A stretch of DNA of 64,000 nt from Myxococcota bacterium (GCA_963676915.2 CAXXVK010000053.1:1-64000), one strand, 5' to 3'; shown: positions 1 to 13,755, counted from the stretch's first letter. The notes: generated by a model from the sequence alone, not told the origin. Translations and numbers: made by a program.

Positions 1-3000
1 GAATCCGCCGCCGTTCGAGTCCAGGTGCTCCCGTCCATTCCCAACTGTACCGTGTATCCCCTTCAAGATAGACGATTCGTCGACGATCCTTGTCGAAGAA
101 CATATCCATCCGGTTGTCCGCACCGGGATGCGTGGACGGCGATTCCTCTTGCCAGCTACTCCCATTCCAGATCCAGGTATCGTTAAAATAGCTGTACCGA
201 TAACCACCGAACAGCAGCATGGTGCCATCGTCCGGGTTGTATGCCATCGAAGCGTTGTATCGGCTATCAGGTTTTTGCCAAAGACTGACCGAAGACCAAT
301 CCGTTCCATCGAACAGCCACGTTTCATTGGAAGTGGAATATTGCTCTCTACCACCGAACATCACAATCTGTTGGCGGTTTCGTCGTAAACCATCGTCTGA
401 CCATATCGACCATCCGGGACCGTCGCCGTCTCTTCGAGAGTCCATGACGAACCGTCCCAGCTATAGGTTTCGTCCGAAAATTCTCCATCTTCCTCAAGAC
501 CACCGAACAGATAGATCTTTTCTACACCGGATTTTCCGAAATAGGCCATTTTGTGCCCATATCGAGCACTGGGAATATCTCCTGAGGGAGATAGCTGAGT
601 CACCCTCCGTCGGGTGTCCATTTCCATGTGTCGTTCAGGTAGGTATCGTTGTCACCCAATCCACCGAACAGAATGACTTCGCCGTTTGCAGCATCGTACT
701 CCATATCGTGGTACGCCCGAACAGAAGGCTTCGTCCCCTCGCTACGTTCGACCCAGTTCATATCGAATTCCCGGCCCGCACAGACACCGCTCGAACAGAC
801 ATCGAAAATCGTCGAGCTGTCACCGTCATCACACTCGGTGTTGTCCGCCTGCCAGCTCCAGTCCTGAGTCGCCTGGGTTTCGTTGCAAACAAGACAGGAA
901 TCGGCACCAGACGAGGTTTTGACCTGACCGTCGGTCCAGCAATCGTTATCGATGAAACAGCCTTCGACCACCGAGTTGAACACACAGGCTCCCGCAGAAC
1001 AGACGTTATCGGTACAGGACATCGAATCGGTACAGGAAATGCCGTCACCCACAAGACTCCAGTCCGAAGATCCGCCCTCACCCGCAGGATTGCAGCGCTG
1101 GCAGTTGTCGTCTCCCACATCGTCTTTCCGGTCTCCATCGGACCAACAGGCGGAATCGATGAAACACCCCACAAGGATCTCGTCCACGAGGCAACTTCCC
1201 ACGGAATTGCAACTCGTTGTGGTACAGGTATCCCCTTCCACGCAACTGGTTTCATCCGGGCAGGTGTAAGTCATCGTGCAGGATTCACCGGCATCTTTCA
1301 ACGTCCAGCTTCTCTGACCGCCCGATCCATCGGGACGACAAGCCTGGCAGGTGTAATACCCGTCGAAGCCCGCAAGTCCTCTTCGTCGTAACAGGTCGAT
1401 CCGATGAAGCACGTCCCGTCTTCGATCTGGTCGTGGGTGCAGGTTCCGCCACCGTTGCAGACATCGATGGTACAGGAATAGGCATCGTTCCAGCAGGCGA
1501 CTTCGGACGGCACGTTGGTCCATCCGAACGATCCTCCCGATCCGCCGGGCTTGCAATACACACAGGAATTGTTTCCGGTGCCGCCCCGCCGGTCGTCCTC
1601 GCTCCAACACTGGCTTTCAATAAAGCAATGACCCTCCAAAGCCGTGTCGTGGGTACACGTACCTGAGCTGTTACAAAGATCGACGGTGCAATAATAGCCG
1701 TCATCGTTGCAATCCATATCCAGGTAAATATCGGTATCTACATAACAACTGTTGTTCGGCGTGTTACAAGCAGGTTCGACGCACTCCCGGTCGTACACAC
1801 TGGTATTGATGTACAAGTCTCCGCAACCGCTGTCGGAAGTGCAGTCCACACACAGACCATCTCCGTTGCATTCATCGGTTTCACCGGTGGCGGAACCGAT
1901 TTCGCACGTCGTTCCCGTATCGTAATCTCCGAATTCGCAAAGATGATTGTTGCACTGCTTGACCGTACATTCCAGATCCCGTTCACCCCAATCCAGATCG
2001 TCGCAGGCGACCTCCGCCTGTACACAGTCCACGCAGTTGCCCACACCGTCGCATTGGTCGTTGGTGGAGCAGGAGGTTCCCCAGGCTTTCGGGGTCCAGT
2101 CGTACAGGTTGTCGGCCTGACACCAACCGCAACGCTTGGAATGCTCGGCAGTATTTTCGGTACCGAAGTAATGACACTCTCCGTCGATGTAACACGTTTC
2201 ATCCACAAGAGCATTCTGGTTACATAGTCCGTCATTACAACTTACGGCAGTACACCATATGCCGTCGTCTTCGACATCGGCGCATTGCTCGGTGGTGTAA
2301 CAGTCGATGCAATGTCCCGAAGCATCGCACACGTCGGGAGGATTACCGGAACCGTTCCACTCACCGTCCCGCTTGCATCCGAACATTTCGGAAGCTGTAT
2401 AGAGGTAGCAAGTATGCGATTCCTGATCGCACAACCAGGCGGCGCATTCATCGTCGTGGTCGCCGAGATCGAGATAGGAACAAGCGATGTCGTTGAAACA
2501 TTCGACACACGCTCCGTTCAGGCACTGCCCTTGGTTGTCCTGGCCACAAGCCGTTCCATCGTATTTAACCTGCCACTCCCGGCGCTCGGCGGCACATTCA
2601 TCGCCACAACTGGTCGGGCTGTTGCAATACTCGCAGGTGTTGGACGGATTGACCTCCAGATGGCCATAACACACGCCGTCGATGAGGCAGGTACCCGGCA
2701 TCACGGTGTCATGCTCGCAAACACCCTCGCTGCTGCAGGAATCCACCGTACAGGTCAAACCGTCGTCGGTGCACGTTTCCCCGCTGTTGGTCGTCGCATC
2801 GTGACGGCATTGTTCCTGGTCACACACCAGCACGGTGCATTCCAGATTGTCGTCGGGGAGATCCGAGCAACCGTTGACATCGATGCAGTCGTAACAATAA
2901 CCTGTCCTGCATTGATCGGGCGCCGTTCCCTGGCCGTCCCAGATGCCTTCTTCCTGACAGGCAGAGCCGTCTTCCAGCAGGGACAGATTGCAGGTGTTTA

Positions 3001-6000
3001 GCAGACATTGGCGGCTGACGCATTCCTCGTCCTTGCCATCCAAGGTGAGATCGTAGCAGCCGTCGATATTTACGCAATCCAAGCATTCGCCCTGAACACC
3101 GCATTGGTCCGGCGGAACGCCTTGCCCGTCCCATTCACCCGTTCGGGAACAGCCATCCGCCTGCTGAGTATCCTCGAAACGGCAGGTTCGGCTAAGAGAA
3201 CAGACTCGGTTGGAGCACTCACTGTCGCGGCTTCCCCACGCCAGATCCGAGCAACCCGAGTCGGTCAGACAATCGCTGCAATAACCGCTGCCGTCGCACT
3301 GATCGGTACCGTCGCCGGTTCCGTTGCTCTGACACGGCACTTCAGCCGGTTCGAAATCGTAGCCGCATACGTTGTCCTGACAGGCCAACGCCACGCATTC
3401 GCTGTCGTAAGAACCGAGATTCATATCCGTGCAACCGCTGGCCGTCGTACAATCGATGCAGTGCCCGGCACCGTCGCACTGGTCGCTTTCGTCCGATTCT
3501 TCGCCCGCAGCGGGACCGGAGCTTTCACAAAACGTGTCGGTCGGTTCGAAATCCAACTCGCAAGCATCGTTCATGCAAGCCCAACGGGCGCATTCGCCGT
3601 CGATACCACTACCCAACGCCCGGTTGGCGCAGCCCTCGTCATCCACACAATCGATGCACAGCCCTTCGGTCGTACATTGATCGGGGGCAATGCCCTCACC
3701 ATCCCAGGTTCCATTGACCTTGCATCCGTCTCCCGATTCCTCGGGAAGAACAAACTCGCAAGTAAAAGTTCCGATATTGCAGGTTTTCTCGGCGCATTCA
3801 TCGTCGCGCTCGCCCATATCGAGATCTTCGCAACCGTTGAGATTGATGCAATCCACGCACGCACCGGTAAAATTGCACTGGTTGGTGGCAAGATCGGAGC
3901 CTTCCGGCTTGCAAGCCGTACCGGGAGGAAGTTCCTGGAACAGACAAGCGCCGCCTGAGCAGGACAACTCGCCGCATTGCGGGTTCGCGCGTGCTCCAGT
4001 CGTAATCCTCGCAGCCGGTCAGATCGAAACAATCCTTGCAGACACCATCGATACACTGGTCCCCTTCCCCACAGGCCGAACCGTTGGTCAACAACGTCCA
4101 ACCGTTGGGATTCTGAGAGATATCGCAGACCTGGCAGGGATTGTCGGGCCGGGCTTCACCGTTGGAATAGCATTGGTCGCCGATCACGCAGGAGTCCACG
4201 CCGGTCAGGTGCGTACATTCGCCCTGGGCGTTGCACAGGTCGGTGGTGCAATCCACGCCATCCTCGGAGCAAGGTTCGCCATCGTGGGCATCGAGATCCA
4301 TTTGGCAGGTATTCTGCTCGCAAACGGTTTCCACGCACTCCATCCCGCTGGTATCGACTTCGGAACAGGCTGAAACATCCAGGCAATCCAGGCAGAATCC
4401 CTCTCCGTCGCACTGGTCGGAGCCGTCACCTTACTCCGTCATCCTGACAAGTCGTTTCCCTTGGCAAATGTTCGAAAACACAGGCATTCGAGACACAACG
4501 CCGTAGCGTGCATTCCGTGTCCCGCCCTTCCAGATCCAGGTCGCGGCATACCGCTTTCATCGATACACTCGATACAGCTTCCGTTCAGGCATTGATCGCC
4601 ATCGTTGCAAAGACGTTCCATCGTTTTTGTTCGTCCAGTTCCAGGGATCGTCGATGCGGCAACTCTGACAGGGATCGTCGGGATTGTCCTGATTGCGCAC
4701 AAAACATTCGCCACCAATGAAACAAGTATTGTTTTTGATCGTATTGTGGGAACATTGTCCGAAAGCATCGCAAATGTCATAGGTGCAATCCAATCCATCT
4801 TCAGTGCAGGTTTGTCCTTCCCGACCCGCTGTATCGGTGATACAGGCGTTGTCCTCGCATTGGATCTTCGCACACTCCAACTCGTTGGCGACATCCGCGC
4901 AGCCTTCGAGGTCGAAACAATCCAGACAATCGCCCTGCACGCATTGGTTTCCGTCGCCACAAGCCGATCCGTCTTCCTTGGCACTCCATTCTTCTCGGGA
5001 TTCGGAACTGCAGGTTTCGCATTCGCTATCCGGCTTTGCCTCCCCAACTTCGTAACAGCTTCCATCGATCAGGCAATGAGTTGTTTTCACACGAGTTTCG
5101 CAAACTCCTGCGAGGCAGATACCGGTCGTGCAGGGTAAATCGTCCCCCGTGTCGCAGGTTTGCCCGTTCAAAGCCGCCGACCAGTTGCGCGGATCGAGAT
5201 CGGGGTTGCAAAAGCTACAAGAATCCTCAGGATTATTATCCTGACTTGCATAACACACTCCACCAATCAGACAGGTTCCCGTCTTGGGCTCATTGCTGCA
5301 CTGCCCGTTCGTTGCATCGCAAAGATCCTCGGTGCATTCGTAGGCATCCGAGCAGTCTTTCGGTGTATTCTGGCATTCATCGCCGACTTTTTCATCAACG
5401 GTACAGGGGTCGTGGTCGTCGCATTCCGTCGGCGTGACGTTGCCACCTTCCTCCAGCCGGAAGGACCATTCTCGGTAAATCCCGGTCTGCCCGTCGGCGG
5501 TCTGCACGGCCACCATGATGGTAATTTTCGTTGCAAACAACCCCTGGTTTTCGCTCAACAAACCGGACAACAGGAAAAATGTGCTTCCGTCTTCGGTTTG
5601 CGCTTCGACTCCGATTTTTCGGTAATTCTGGGTATAGGGTAGAGCTACCAAAGCAGAAGAAACCTGGTTGGCCATGGAGGAATCCACCGCAAGTTTGATC
5701 TCGAACGAACCGCCTGGGGAAACGGTACTGGGGGCTACGATACTTTTAACCTGGGGTACGGTTGAAGCGGCGCTGCCATTGGGATACAGCCCCGTTTCCA
5801 ATGTACTTTCGCTGAAGTCCAGGTTCTCAAGAAAAGAATCGAGATCCATCGCGGTCAATGAGGAAACCGCGACCTGCCAGGACTGATATGCCCCAACATT
5901 GCCGTTGGTTCCTTTAAACGCCACGTTCAGTTCAAAACTACGTCCTTTCAAAAGGTCGTCTCCAACAACCTTGCCGAACAGTTCGACCCGGTAGGAAGTA

Positions 6001-6353
6001 CCGACCAGCACAAAATTCGCCGGAAGCTCGATATATCCCTTATATCCTTTGGCTTTGATTATCACGCTGTCGATTTCATCGGGATTGAGCGATGACATCG
6101 TGACGGCGAACGTCTGCCCCAGTTTGAGCTCCACGGGAGCATCGAACAGGCCGGGCTGAGGAGCAAGTTCGGCATCCGACAGTGGAGTAGGGGGTACATC
6201 CACGACAACCTTGCCATCCACCATTTTCAGCGCCTGCAACAGGGCGTTGTCGTCCAGCAAACCGGTGGTTTCATCCACATCGCTTCCTCCGCATCCCCAC
6301 AGAAGAAGGCTTAGACAAAACGAAACGAAAACAAGCGAAAACATGCGAATCAT
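1..6353 (-). CDS. Giant Cys-rich lipoprotein with C-terminal Kelch-like beta-propeller (frameshifted; runs off the left edge)
   Basis: Joined from ORFs 4557-6395, 3798-4343, 1298-3967, 600-1610 and 361-627. ATG at 6353 with GGGAG upstream; lipobox LLWGC. Repeated CTxDxC...CxIxGxC and DQCDGxGxCxDC units. Kelch-like motifs (VILFGG...NDTWKW, IYLFGG...DETYSWDGSSW) near the end. Confidence 0.75.
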
Positions 6354-6614
6354 GCTCAAACTCCCAGGCAGGCATGGAAAAAACAAGCGTCTCATTCGAC
6401 TTCGTCAAGAACGCTTCCATACTACTTAAGTTGGGAAAAATCCTCAACTAAGTTTTATGCGAAGTTTACGCTCTCTTCTTGATTTGTCGGGATTTGGTCC
6501 TACTTTGAATGAAAGTTTCTATTTTCCTTGTATGACTCGTTTTAGAAATCCAGAATCGCGGGAAGAACCCGTCGAGGATATCGGCGCAGACCAAAACACG
6601 AAACGGAAAAGAGG

Positions 6615-7250
6615 ATGGCTCACTCCGAAATCCTATGTATAGCCCTTTCAATGGTCGTGCTAATGGCCTACCATTTGTATTACCTGTTTCAATACCGGCG
6701 CAATCCGACGTCTTTGTCCCAGGGTCTGGCCAACCATCTGCGCACCTCCTGGGTTACGGAAATGATGAAAAAGGAAAACCACACCGTATCGGTTCAGTCG
6801 TTGCGCAACTGGATCATGGCTTCGAGTTTTCTGGCGTCATCCGCCATTGTGTTAAGTCTGGGAATGCTGTCGGTGGCCTTCAAATTCCAGGACTTCCCGA
6901 AATTACACAGAATTTCGGACTGTTCGAAATGCAGAGCGACGTATCCTGGCAATTCAAATGGCTGGCGCTGGCCGCCGACTTGTTTTTCGCGTTTTTCAAT
7001 TTCACCTTGGCGATCCGGCACTTCAACCACGTCAGTTTTCTAATACACCTCACGCCGGAAACCGACGAAATCGTCACCCACGAGATGATCGTCCGTTCCA
7101 TCAACGACGGCTTTTTACACAACTCCTTCGGAATGCGTTGCTACTATTTCACGATTCCGCTCGTGCTCTGGCTGTTTTCTCCCCTGTTCCTGTGTTGTCG
7201 GCTCGGTTCTGCTGATCGGGGCGCTGTTTATTCTAGACCACAACATTTAA
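6615..7250 (+). CDS. DUF599-family membrane protein (frameshifted)
   Basis: N-terminal YHLY...R.SWV..M and SVQSLRNWIMASSFLAS. Continues in another frame with FFNFTLAIRHFNH and GMRCYYFTIPLVLWLFSP. Confidence 0.8.
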
Positions 7251-7924
7251 TGAAAAAGCCTATGAATTCCAAACGCTTCCTCTATTTCACAGACCCGCTG
7301 TGCGGCTGGTGCTTCGGGATGGGACCGGTCATCGAACGTATCCTCGAAGACTATTCCTCCCACTTTTCTTTCGAAATTCATCATTACGGGCTTTGCCCCG
7401 GAGAACGCGCCTTGACCGTCTCCCCCGATCTACTGGACGGATTTCGTTCCGAAGTCAAACGCATCGAAACACGCACGGGAGCGAAGATCACGCCTAAATT
7501 CTGGAATTTGCTGCAAAAAGAGGGTTTTCGGTACGACAGTCTCCCCGCCACCCAGGCAGCGCTGGCGGTGCGTTCCATCGATCCGTCACGAGAGTTGGCT
7601 TTCGTGCACGAAATGCAACGACGCCTGTTCACACAGGGAGATGATCCAAGGGACGAAAACCGCCTGGCCGAAGCCGTTGAAGCGGTGGGGGTAGATACCA
7701 ACTTATGGCGCGAACGCTGGCAAACTCCTGAAATTGCAGAGAAAACCGAATCGGACTTCGACCTTGCCGACGACCTTGGGCTGGAAATCGTTCCCAGCCT
7801 GCTGTTTTTCGGAAACGAAAAACCAACGCGCCTCTGCGCCGGCTTCACCCCTTACGAGGATCTCAAAGCGAGAATCGACACGGCGCTGGAAACATCGAAC
7901 CTATTGAAAATCAACGAGTTTTAA
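7250..7924 (+). CDS. DsbA/FrnE-family thiol-disulfide oxidoreductase
   Basis: YFTDPLCGWCFG CxxC motif and cis-Pro region IVPSLLF; no signal peptide visible. Confidence 0.85.
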   Translation: MKKPMNSKRFLYFTDPLCGWCFGMGPVIERILEDYSSHFSFEIHHYGLCPGERALTVSPDLLDGFRSEVKRIETRTGAKITPKFWNLLQKEGFRYDSLPATQAALAVRSIDPSRELAFVHEMQRRLFTQGDDPRDENRLAEAVEAVGVDTNLWRERWQTPEIAEKTESDFDLADDLGLEIVPSLLFFGNEKPTRLCAGFTPYEDLKARIDTALETSNLLKINEF

Positions 7925-8925
7925 AGCCTACCCAGGTCAAGAACGGCAACCCGCGCACATCGTCCATTTCAATAACCGAACCATCCTGAGACACGGTAGC
8001 TGTTCCAAGTGCCGACCAAACCCCTTCGCCTACACTTTCATCATCCCAGTTTCGGGTACCCGAACCACCAACCACGTAAAGGTCCACCACGTCCCCGGCG
8101 GTCAGTCCCGCTGTATTGGGAAACGTGATCGACGCCCCGCCTTCGTCGGTAACTTCGATTTCGGGAGCGAAAGAGAGCAGCATAGCCGGAGGATCGTTGG
8201 AATCGATAAAGCAAGGCCACCCCTGGTTTGCATCGTCCCAGACCAGCAGATTCATATCTTCGTAGCCGTAATCAAGCAAGAACAGCTTGTCGGGCACGAC
8301 GGTCAATGTCGCTTCCGTTCGAAGCGGTTGATGACGTGCTCGTTCCGTGTCGTTTCCCAAGGTATCGCGGGTGCAATCGGGAGCTTCTACCATACGAATC
8401 GCTTCCGGCAACACGAAGGCTCCGTCCGCGTCCGGCTGATAACGGCACGATGGCGTGGCATAACTGGGTTTCAAATAGATTTGAACTCGTACGGCGAGTT
8501 CCTGAGCGCAGGCGTGCGCGGAAGGAACCGTTGCAAGGAAATTGCCGTTGGTGTCAGTGGCAACCGGGCTGAGGCAGGATTCGCCGCTGGGGTATTTGAA
8601 AATGCAGACAATCACCCGCGGCATCGTCCATGGGTTGCCCCTGGTTATCCTGTATCGTACCGGAAACCGTTGTAAGCCAGGTACCGTCGCAATCCGGAAT
8701 TTCTTCTTCAAGCTCCGGAATTTCCTCGATGTTTTCGGAATCCTGATCGGTTTCCACCACGGAATCTTCATCTGCCGGTGGAAGTTCTTCTTCGGAGGTA
8801 ACATCTTGATCGAGATCCCCGTCATTCGTCGAGGAATCGCCATCGTCTCCGCAAGCGAATCCGACCCATGAAAGGCATACCACCAACATCCAGAGTTTCA
8901 ACATTCGCATCGTTTTCGGCTCCAT
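7911..8925 (-). CDS. Hypothetical lipoprotein (frameshifted)
   Basis: ORF 8554-8925 gives the signal peptide and lipobox GFAC followed by an acidic linker. ORF 7911-8843 gives the beta-rich C-terminal part. Confidence 0.65.
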
Positions 8926-8970
8926 AGAAAAAACCGCCCATGAGGGCGGTGAAAAAAGTATGTTTCTGCG

Positions 8971-10428
8971 CTATTTGTTCAGATTGGCGGTAGCGATTCC
9001 CACCATATTCATGATGTAATCGCCCTGAGTAGCGATGAGTTTCATATCGCTCATACGAATTGCGGCAACCCAAGGAATGCCCGTCGCTCATGTCGTTGCT
9101 CCAGACAACCCGCTCCCGGCGCTGTTATCGGTATCCGGAAATACGATATCCACCCTCGCAATTGTAGAGATCCACATAATCGTCAGCGTATTTGTTTGTT
9201 GCCGGAACGCCTTGAGACGAGGTATCACCCACCACAAACAGGAATTCCCGCCGAAAGATCCTTCAACTGGTCGATGAATCCGCCTTCGTTACACAAATAT
9301 TCATTCATGTACGATTTGCAGGCCGAGCACCAACCCGCCATCACAACAACGAACAGAGTTTTCACACTCGGGATGCTCGCAACGGAATTTACCGAGATCG
9401 AAACCAACCTCCAAACCTTTGTTGTAGGCTCCGGGCCAGGACATCGGAGGTACGGTTCCAGGTTCGGGCGTGCTTTCTCCCTCCACCGGTCCGAGGAAGT
9501 AGTACGGTCCGTCGGGATAATCGCAAGGAAGGTCGTCCCGGCTCTTCCATGTGCACGTAACCATCTTCGGTAATGAACGAATCGATGTCGAACAGATCGA
9601 AGCACCAGCTTTCGCCGTTCTCCACGCGGGTCGTGCTTGTTTGAGTGATGGTCACTTCTTCCATGTACATGGAATCGAATTGGGCGGTGAAATCTTGGCC
9701 GATCGCCGTATCGATATTCGCAACGTTCAGTTTGCTTCCCGCACGAGGCATGTAATAGCGTTCGCAGGGTCAGTGTCCCGGTCAACTGGTTGACACTGCA
9801 ATTCTTTCGTAAAACCACACAGTTGGAGCAGGTTTCGTACTTGGTATCCTCTTCCTCGAAGACCAAGGTTCCCACTTCATCGAAACCACCGGCACTCGGG
9901 GTAATCGTCATCTGGAGGAATATCCAAAGGCGTCGTGTCACTGCTAAAGGCCATATACAGGTAGTAGGGATCGCCGTCATCGGTCACATAGCGAGTGGAT
10001 TGATTTTTCACGTAAAAATCCCATCCACGGCAACCGGGATCGCTAAACGGTTCGCGCTGCTCCACATCTTCGTCGCCGCCGGAACACAGGCAGCTCGTGA
10101 AACCTTCCTTATCCGCTCCGCATCCAAGATGCTTCGCTCCCATATCGGAACAGTAGGAGGTGCAGCTCGAAGAGGTCCAACTCTCTTCTGGCATTCACAA
10201 AGGATGCGACTGTTGACACAGAACGATGCATCCGTTTCTTTGCACACTCCTAAACAGGGATCGATGTACTCGTTTTCTCCTGTATTTTCAGGAGCCAATT
10301 CGACATTTTCGGAATCCTCGTCACCGTTCGTACCGGTGGAACCTCCGTCGTCACCGAAGCAGCCGAAATCGAAAGCACTACCACGACCGAAAAAACGACC
10401 CACAACGTGTCCGCAAACCTTTTCATGA
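8971..10428 (-). CDS. Cys-rich exported protein, probable lipoprotein, with C-terminal thioredoxin-like (WCSAC) domain; multiple frameshifts
   Basis: Hydrophobic N-terminus MKRFADTLWVVFSVVVVL followed, after a frameshift, by GCFGDDGGS. Fragments include DYPDGPY and VVMAGWCSACKSYM, and end IPWVAAIRMSDMKLI...NLNK* at 8971. Confidence 0.55.
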
Positions 10429-10782
10429 TTTTTCCGTTTTCTCCAAAGATGTGTCCAAAAGATTCCGATTGGGTTTCGTCGTCATGATCCGATCGGAACG
10501 GCATCTCTTTTTCGTTGTTTTGTCATGTCTTTTTGCTTCGTAGGTGAGGATACATTGAAGACGGCACAAATCAACAGCAAAAAGATAGACCAAATAGAAG
10601 TATCGCAGGTAGGAAATCCTGTCAATGGTATGAAACATTTTTCAAAAAAAAGACACTCCAATACGAAAACCGATGATTGTCCCACTTTTCATCAGCCGTG
10701 CACGACATTCACATGAATGGAAAACCGAAGGGTTTTAATCGTTTTCCCGCATCAGGAATGAAACCACATCAATTCGCTAAAA

Positions 10783-12052
10783 TCATGCCATCCCGGTACG
10801 AACGCCAACGCCGGCAGAGACACCAACAGGCTCGGAATTCCAGCGGAACGGCTGCTCGGGCAACTCCATCCCACTTTGGCGAGCTTCCACCAATTGACGG
10901 TAGAAATCGAGCTGTCGTTCAAAGGTCACCGGCCAACTGAAATGGCGCGCCACAAAACGACGTCCACGCAATCCCTTGGTTTTGCGTTCGGGATTTTTCA
11001 ACAAGCCGATCGTGGAATCCACCAGGCGTTCGGTGTCGCCATGGGGAACCAGCGTTCCGCATTGGGAGCGCGTGATCCAGTCCACGTACCGCACCTTTGT
11101 TCGCGCCGATCATCGGCACGCCGGAACTCATCGCTTCGACGGCGGGATAAACCGAAGGTTTCCCAGGCACTTAGCGCGGAAAATCGCGTCCGACGAGGCA
11201 TACCAGCGCGCCATCTCTTCCTGATCGTCCACGAATCCCAGGTAGTGCACGTCATCGCGACCCTCGACGAGGGTGTTTCAACTGCGGATATCGGGGACCG
11301 GTCCCCGGAAAATACGAAAATGGAACCCGTCCTCATCGGCGATGCGCGGCAGCGCTTCGGAGTACTTCGTTGATTCCTTTTTCTTCCAACAGACGATGGG
11401 GGAAGAAAATCAACGGGCGGTCCTGGCTCGCTCCGTATGCGGCACGAAGCTTCTCATCCCGTTTTTTCGGGGTGGGAACATCTCGACATCCACACCCAAA
11501 AGGCGTTTGCATCACGCGATGAATGCCCTGTCGGTCGAGTTCATCGAACCACTGCAGTCCGCGCTTGCGAACGTCGCCGTATACTTGCCGTAGGTCCGCC
11601 TTGCCAGACTCCAGCCGAGCCCTTCGGGCGGTTTTTACCACCAACGGATGCACCCGCCCTCCGATGGTTTCGAAGTAGGGCAGTCGGAAAATCGGCGTGC
11701 CAGAAACCGGTAATCACCGCATCCAGCCCTTTGGCGGCGGATCGGATCAGCCAAGGGATCGAGATAGGGACTACCCGCTTCGATAAGGTCGGGATTTTCT
11801 TCGGCGAAAATCCTTTTTAATTTCATAAAGTTAATCACGTGCCGGTAATTGGGAGCACCGGGAATAGCAGGGGCTTTGATATGACGCAACACTGCGAAAC
11901 CATGGCGCTCGGTTTTCGTCACGATCCGACGGTACGGCCAGCACATAGCGGACATCGGGACGATTGCGATAATACTTCAGTTTCTCCATGTGATAAGTAC
12001 GAACCCCGCCACCGGTGAAACTGAAAAAATTGTTGAAATCCATGATGCGCAT
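10783..12052 (-). CDS. Family 4 (GT-B) glycosyltransferase, heavily frameshifted
   Basis: [53 protein letters not shown] and [11 protein letters not shown] fragments in successive frames. 3' end approximate. Confidence 0.75.
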
Positions 12053-13512
12053 CACTTGCCGACCCCTGGATCGATCCCAAACCGCCACCCGGCAGCTTTT
12101 CGAGAACGACACGTCGGTTTTTGTCTTGATAGGAAGCTTTCCACATCACGGCACCTGCCTTTTATGAAACGGTCCGCAATCCCGCTTTATTGGAATTGCG
12201 TCCCTGATTTTCGAGTGTTACGCGCAGCAACGTCCTCATCGAAGATTCCCGAAAGACGCCGCGCACTCTGTTTGGCCGAAAACGTTTCGATAAACTCCAG
12301 ATCCCGTTCGGCCTCGAACGGAGCGGTCGAGATTCCAGGCCTGCGAAATCCCCACGCGATGTCTTCGACCGAACGGGAAGTCAGGCTGATTCCGGTCCGG
12401 CTTTGCGAACCAGCCACCGCAATTCGCGGTTTTGCGTCAAATCGAGCAAAAAACTCCCGGAAGCCAACGAGTCGGCCCATTCCGGGGGGAGAAAAGGATC
12501 GTGCTCGGTCGATCCCAACAACAACGCATCCGCCCGTTCGAGCCAGGCGCGCTTGGTAGCGGAGTTTTCGCCGGAAAGACGATGCAGACTCAGTTCGAGT
12601 CCCATGTCCCTCGCCAGTACTTCGGTTTCGTTCGCGATGGGTTCGCTCACCACCAGACGAATCCGTTTGGAAGGTACATACGACCGAGACAGAAATCGCC
12701 GTACTCCTTTGAAAACATTGACCTTTTCTTCGTCCGAAAACGTTCCTTCCAGAAAAATCGTAAACCTGTCGTCGTGCTCGATCTGTTCCCCCTCCTTGCA
12801 GGTGGGGCCGAAGGGATCGTAGAGCACGCCAAAACGCTCGGGAGGAAGATTGGGGGAAACGCTTGGCATAAGTCTGGCGAGCCCTGGCGAGAATTCAGCA
12901 GAATTTTGTCGGCTGCCTGCAAAATATGCCGATCGAGGGCATGTTCAGCCTTCCCGAAAAGGGAAAAATCCTTGCCGCCCACCGCGTCGTTTTCCATAAG
13001 TTGCGGGGAAAAGTCCAAGGAATAACGGAAGCTTATAAAGCCGATGAACGATGTACCCGATCGTCGCAGCCGTGCGTGAAAAACCGCTGACGAACAACGC
13101 TTCCGTTTCCGGGTGCTTTCTCAAGGTCTCGCCACAAGCATTCAATGCTTTGGGAAACAGGAAAGGGCAACGCCGTAGAAGATCGTAACGAATGGAAAAT
13201 ATTGGATAATTTTTTACCAAAGCCAAATTTCGAAAGGTACTGAGAATCTCGTTCGCTCTCTTTTTTACTCAATATCCTTCCATTACCGCAAACCGGAGAA
13301 AGGCTTTCGTCTCCCGATTCATAAATAAAAGAAACAGAAGAAGAAGAAACCGTAAAAAGTAAAGGATTCCAACCCTGTGCGGGAAGATTGCGCACCAACC
13401 GCCGCAAACGTCCGTGATCGGCCCGATCCAGAGCCGGAGCGATGACCAATACCTTGCGCGAGGTATCGAATCCACTATTTTTCACGACGTGCAACATGCC
13501 ATTCACCTTCAA
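12052..13512 (-). CDS. Divergent GT-B-like or hypothetical protein, frameshifted
   Basis: KVLVIAP...[21 protein letters not shown]-terminus, and ADKILLNS and ADALLL fragments, resemble GT4 folds. Boundaries uncertain. Confidence 0.4.
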
Positions 13513-13725
13513 AGCAAAAAATGCTCTTCGCTAACCTTATAGTGCCAAACCCTCTAACCTACTGGAATTGTTGATTAAAATGAATTTGTCCTCACGCACG
13601 TACACCTTCAATTCATCAACTTTTGATCCATTAGTGGGTTTCTGCACCGCAATCCTTGCAAAAAAAATACATTTTTTGCTTTTCCATTGAATGTAATTCT
13701 AACACAATCCTTTCATTCCCTCCAC

Positions 13726-13755
13726 AAAAAACCCCCCGGCCAAGACCGGGGGGTT
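13726..13755 (-). terminator. Rho-independent terminator of the giant EGF-repeat gene
   Basis: AACCCCCCGG-N6-CCGGGGGGTT stem with a U-tract on the minus strand, about 50 nt after the stop at 13802. Confidence 0.8.

Noticed and set aside
6635-7924. Apparent 429-aa DUF599-DsbA fusion
   Set aside because: Artefact of indels: DUF599 starts at 6615 in another frame, and the DsbA-like gene has its own ATG at 7250/7262.
13530-13550. TTGGCAC possible sigma54 -24 element
   Set aside because: No TTGC at the required -12 spacing.
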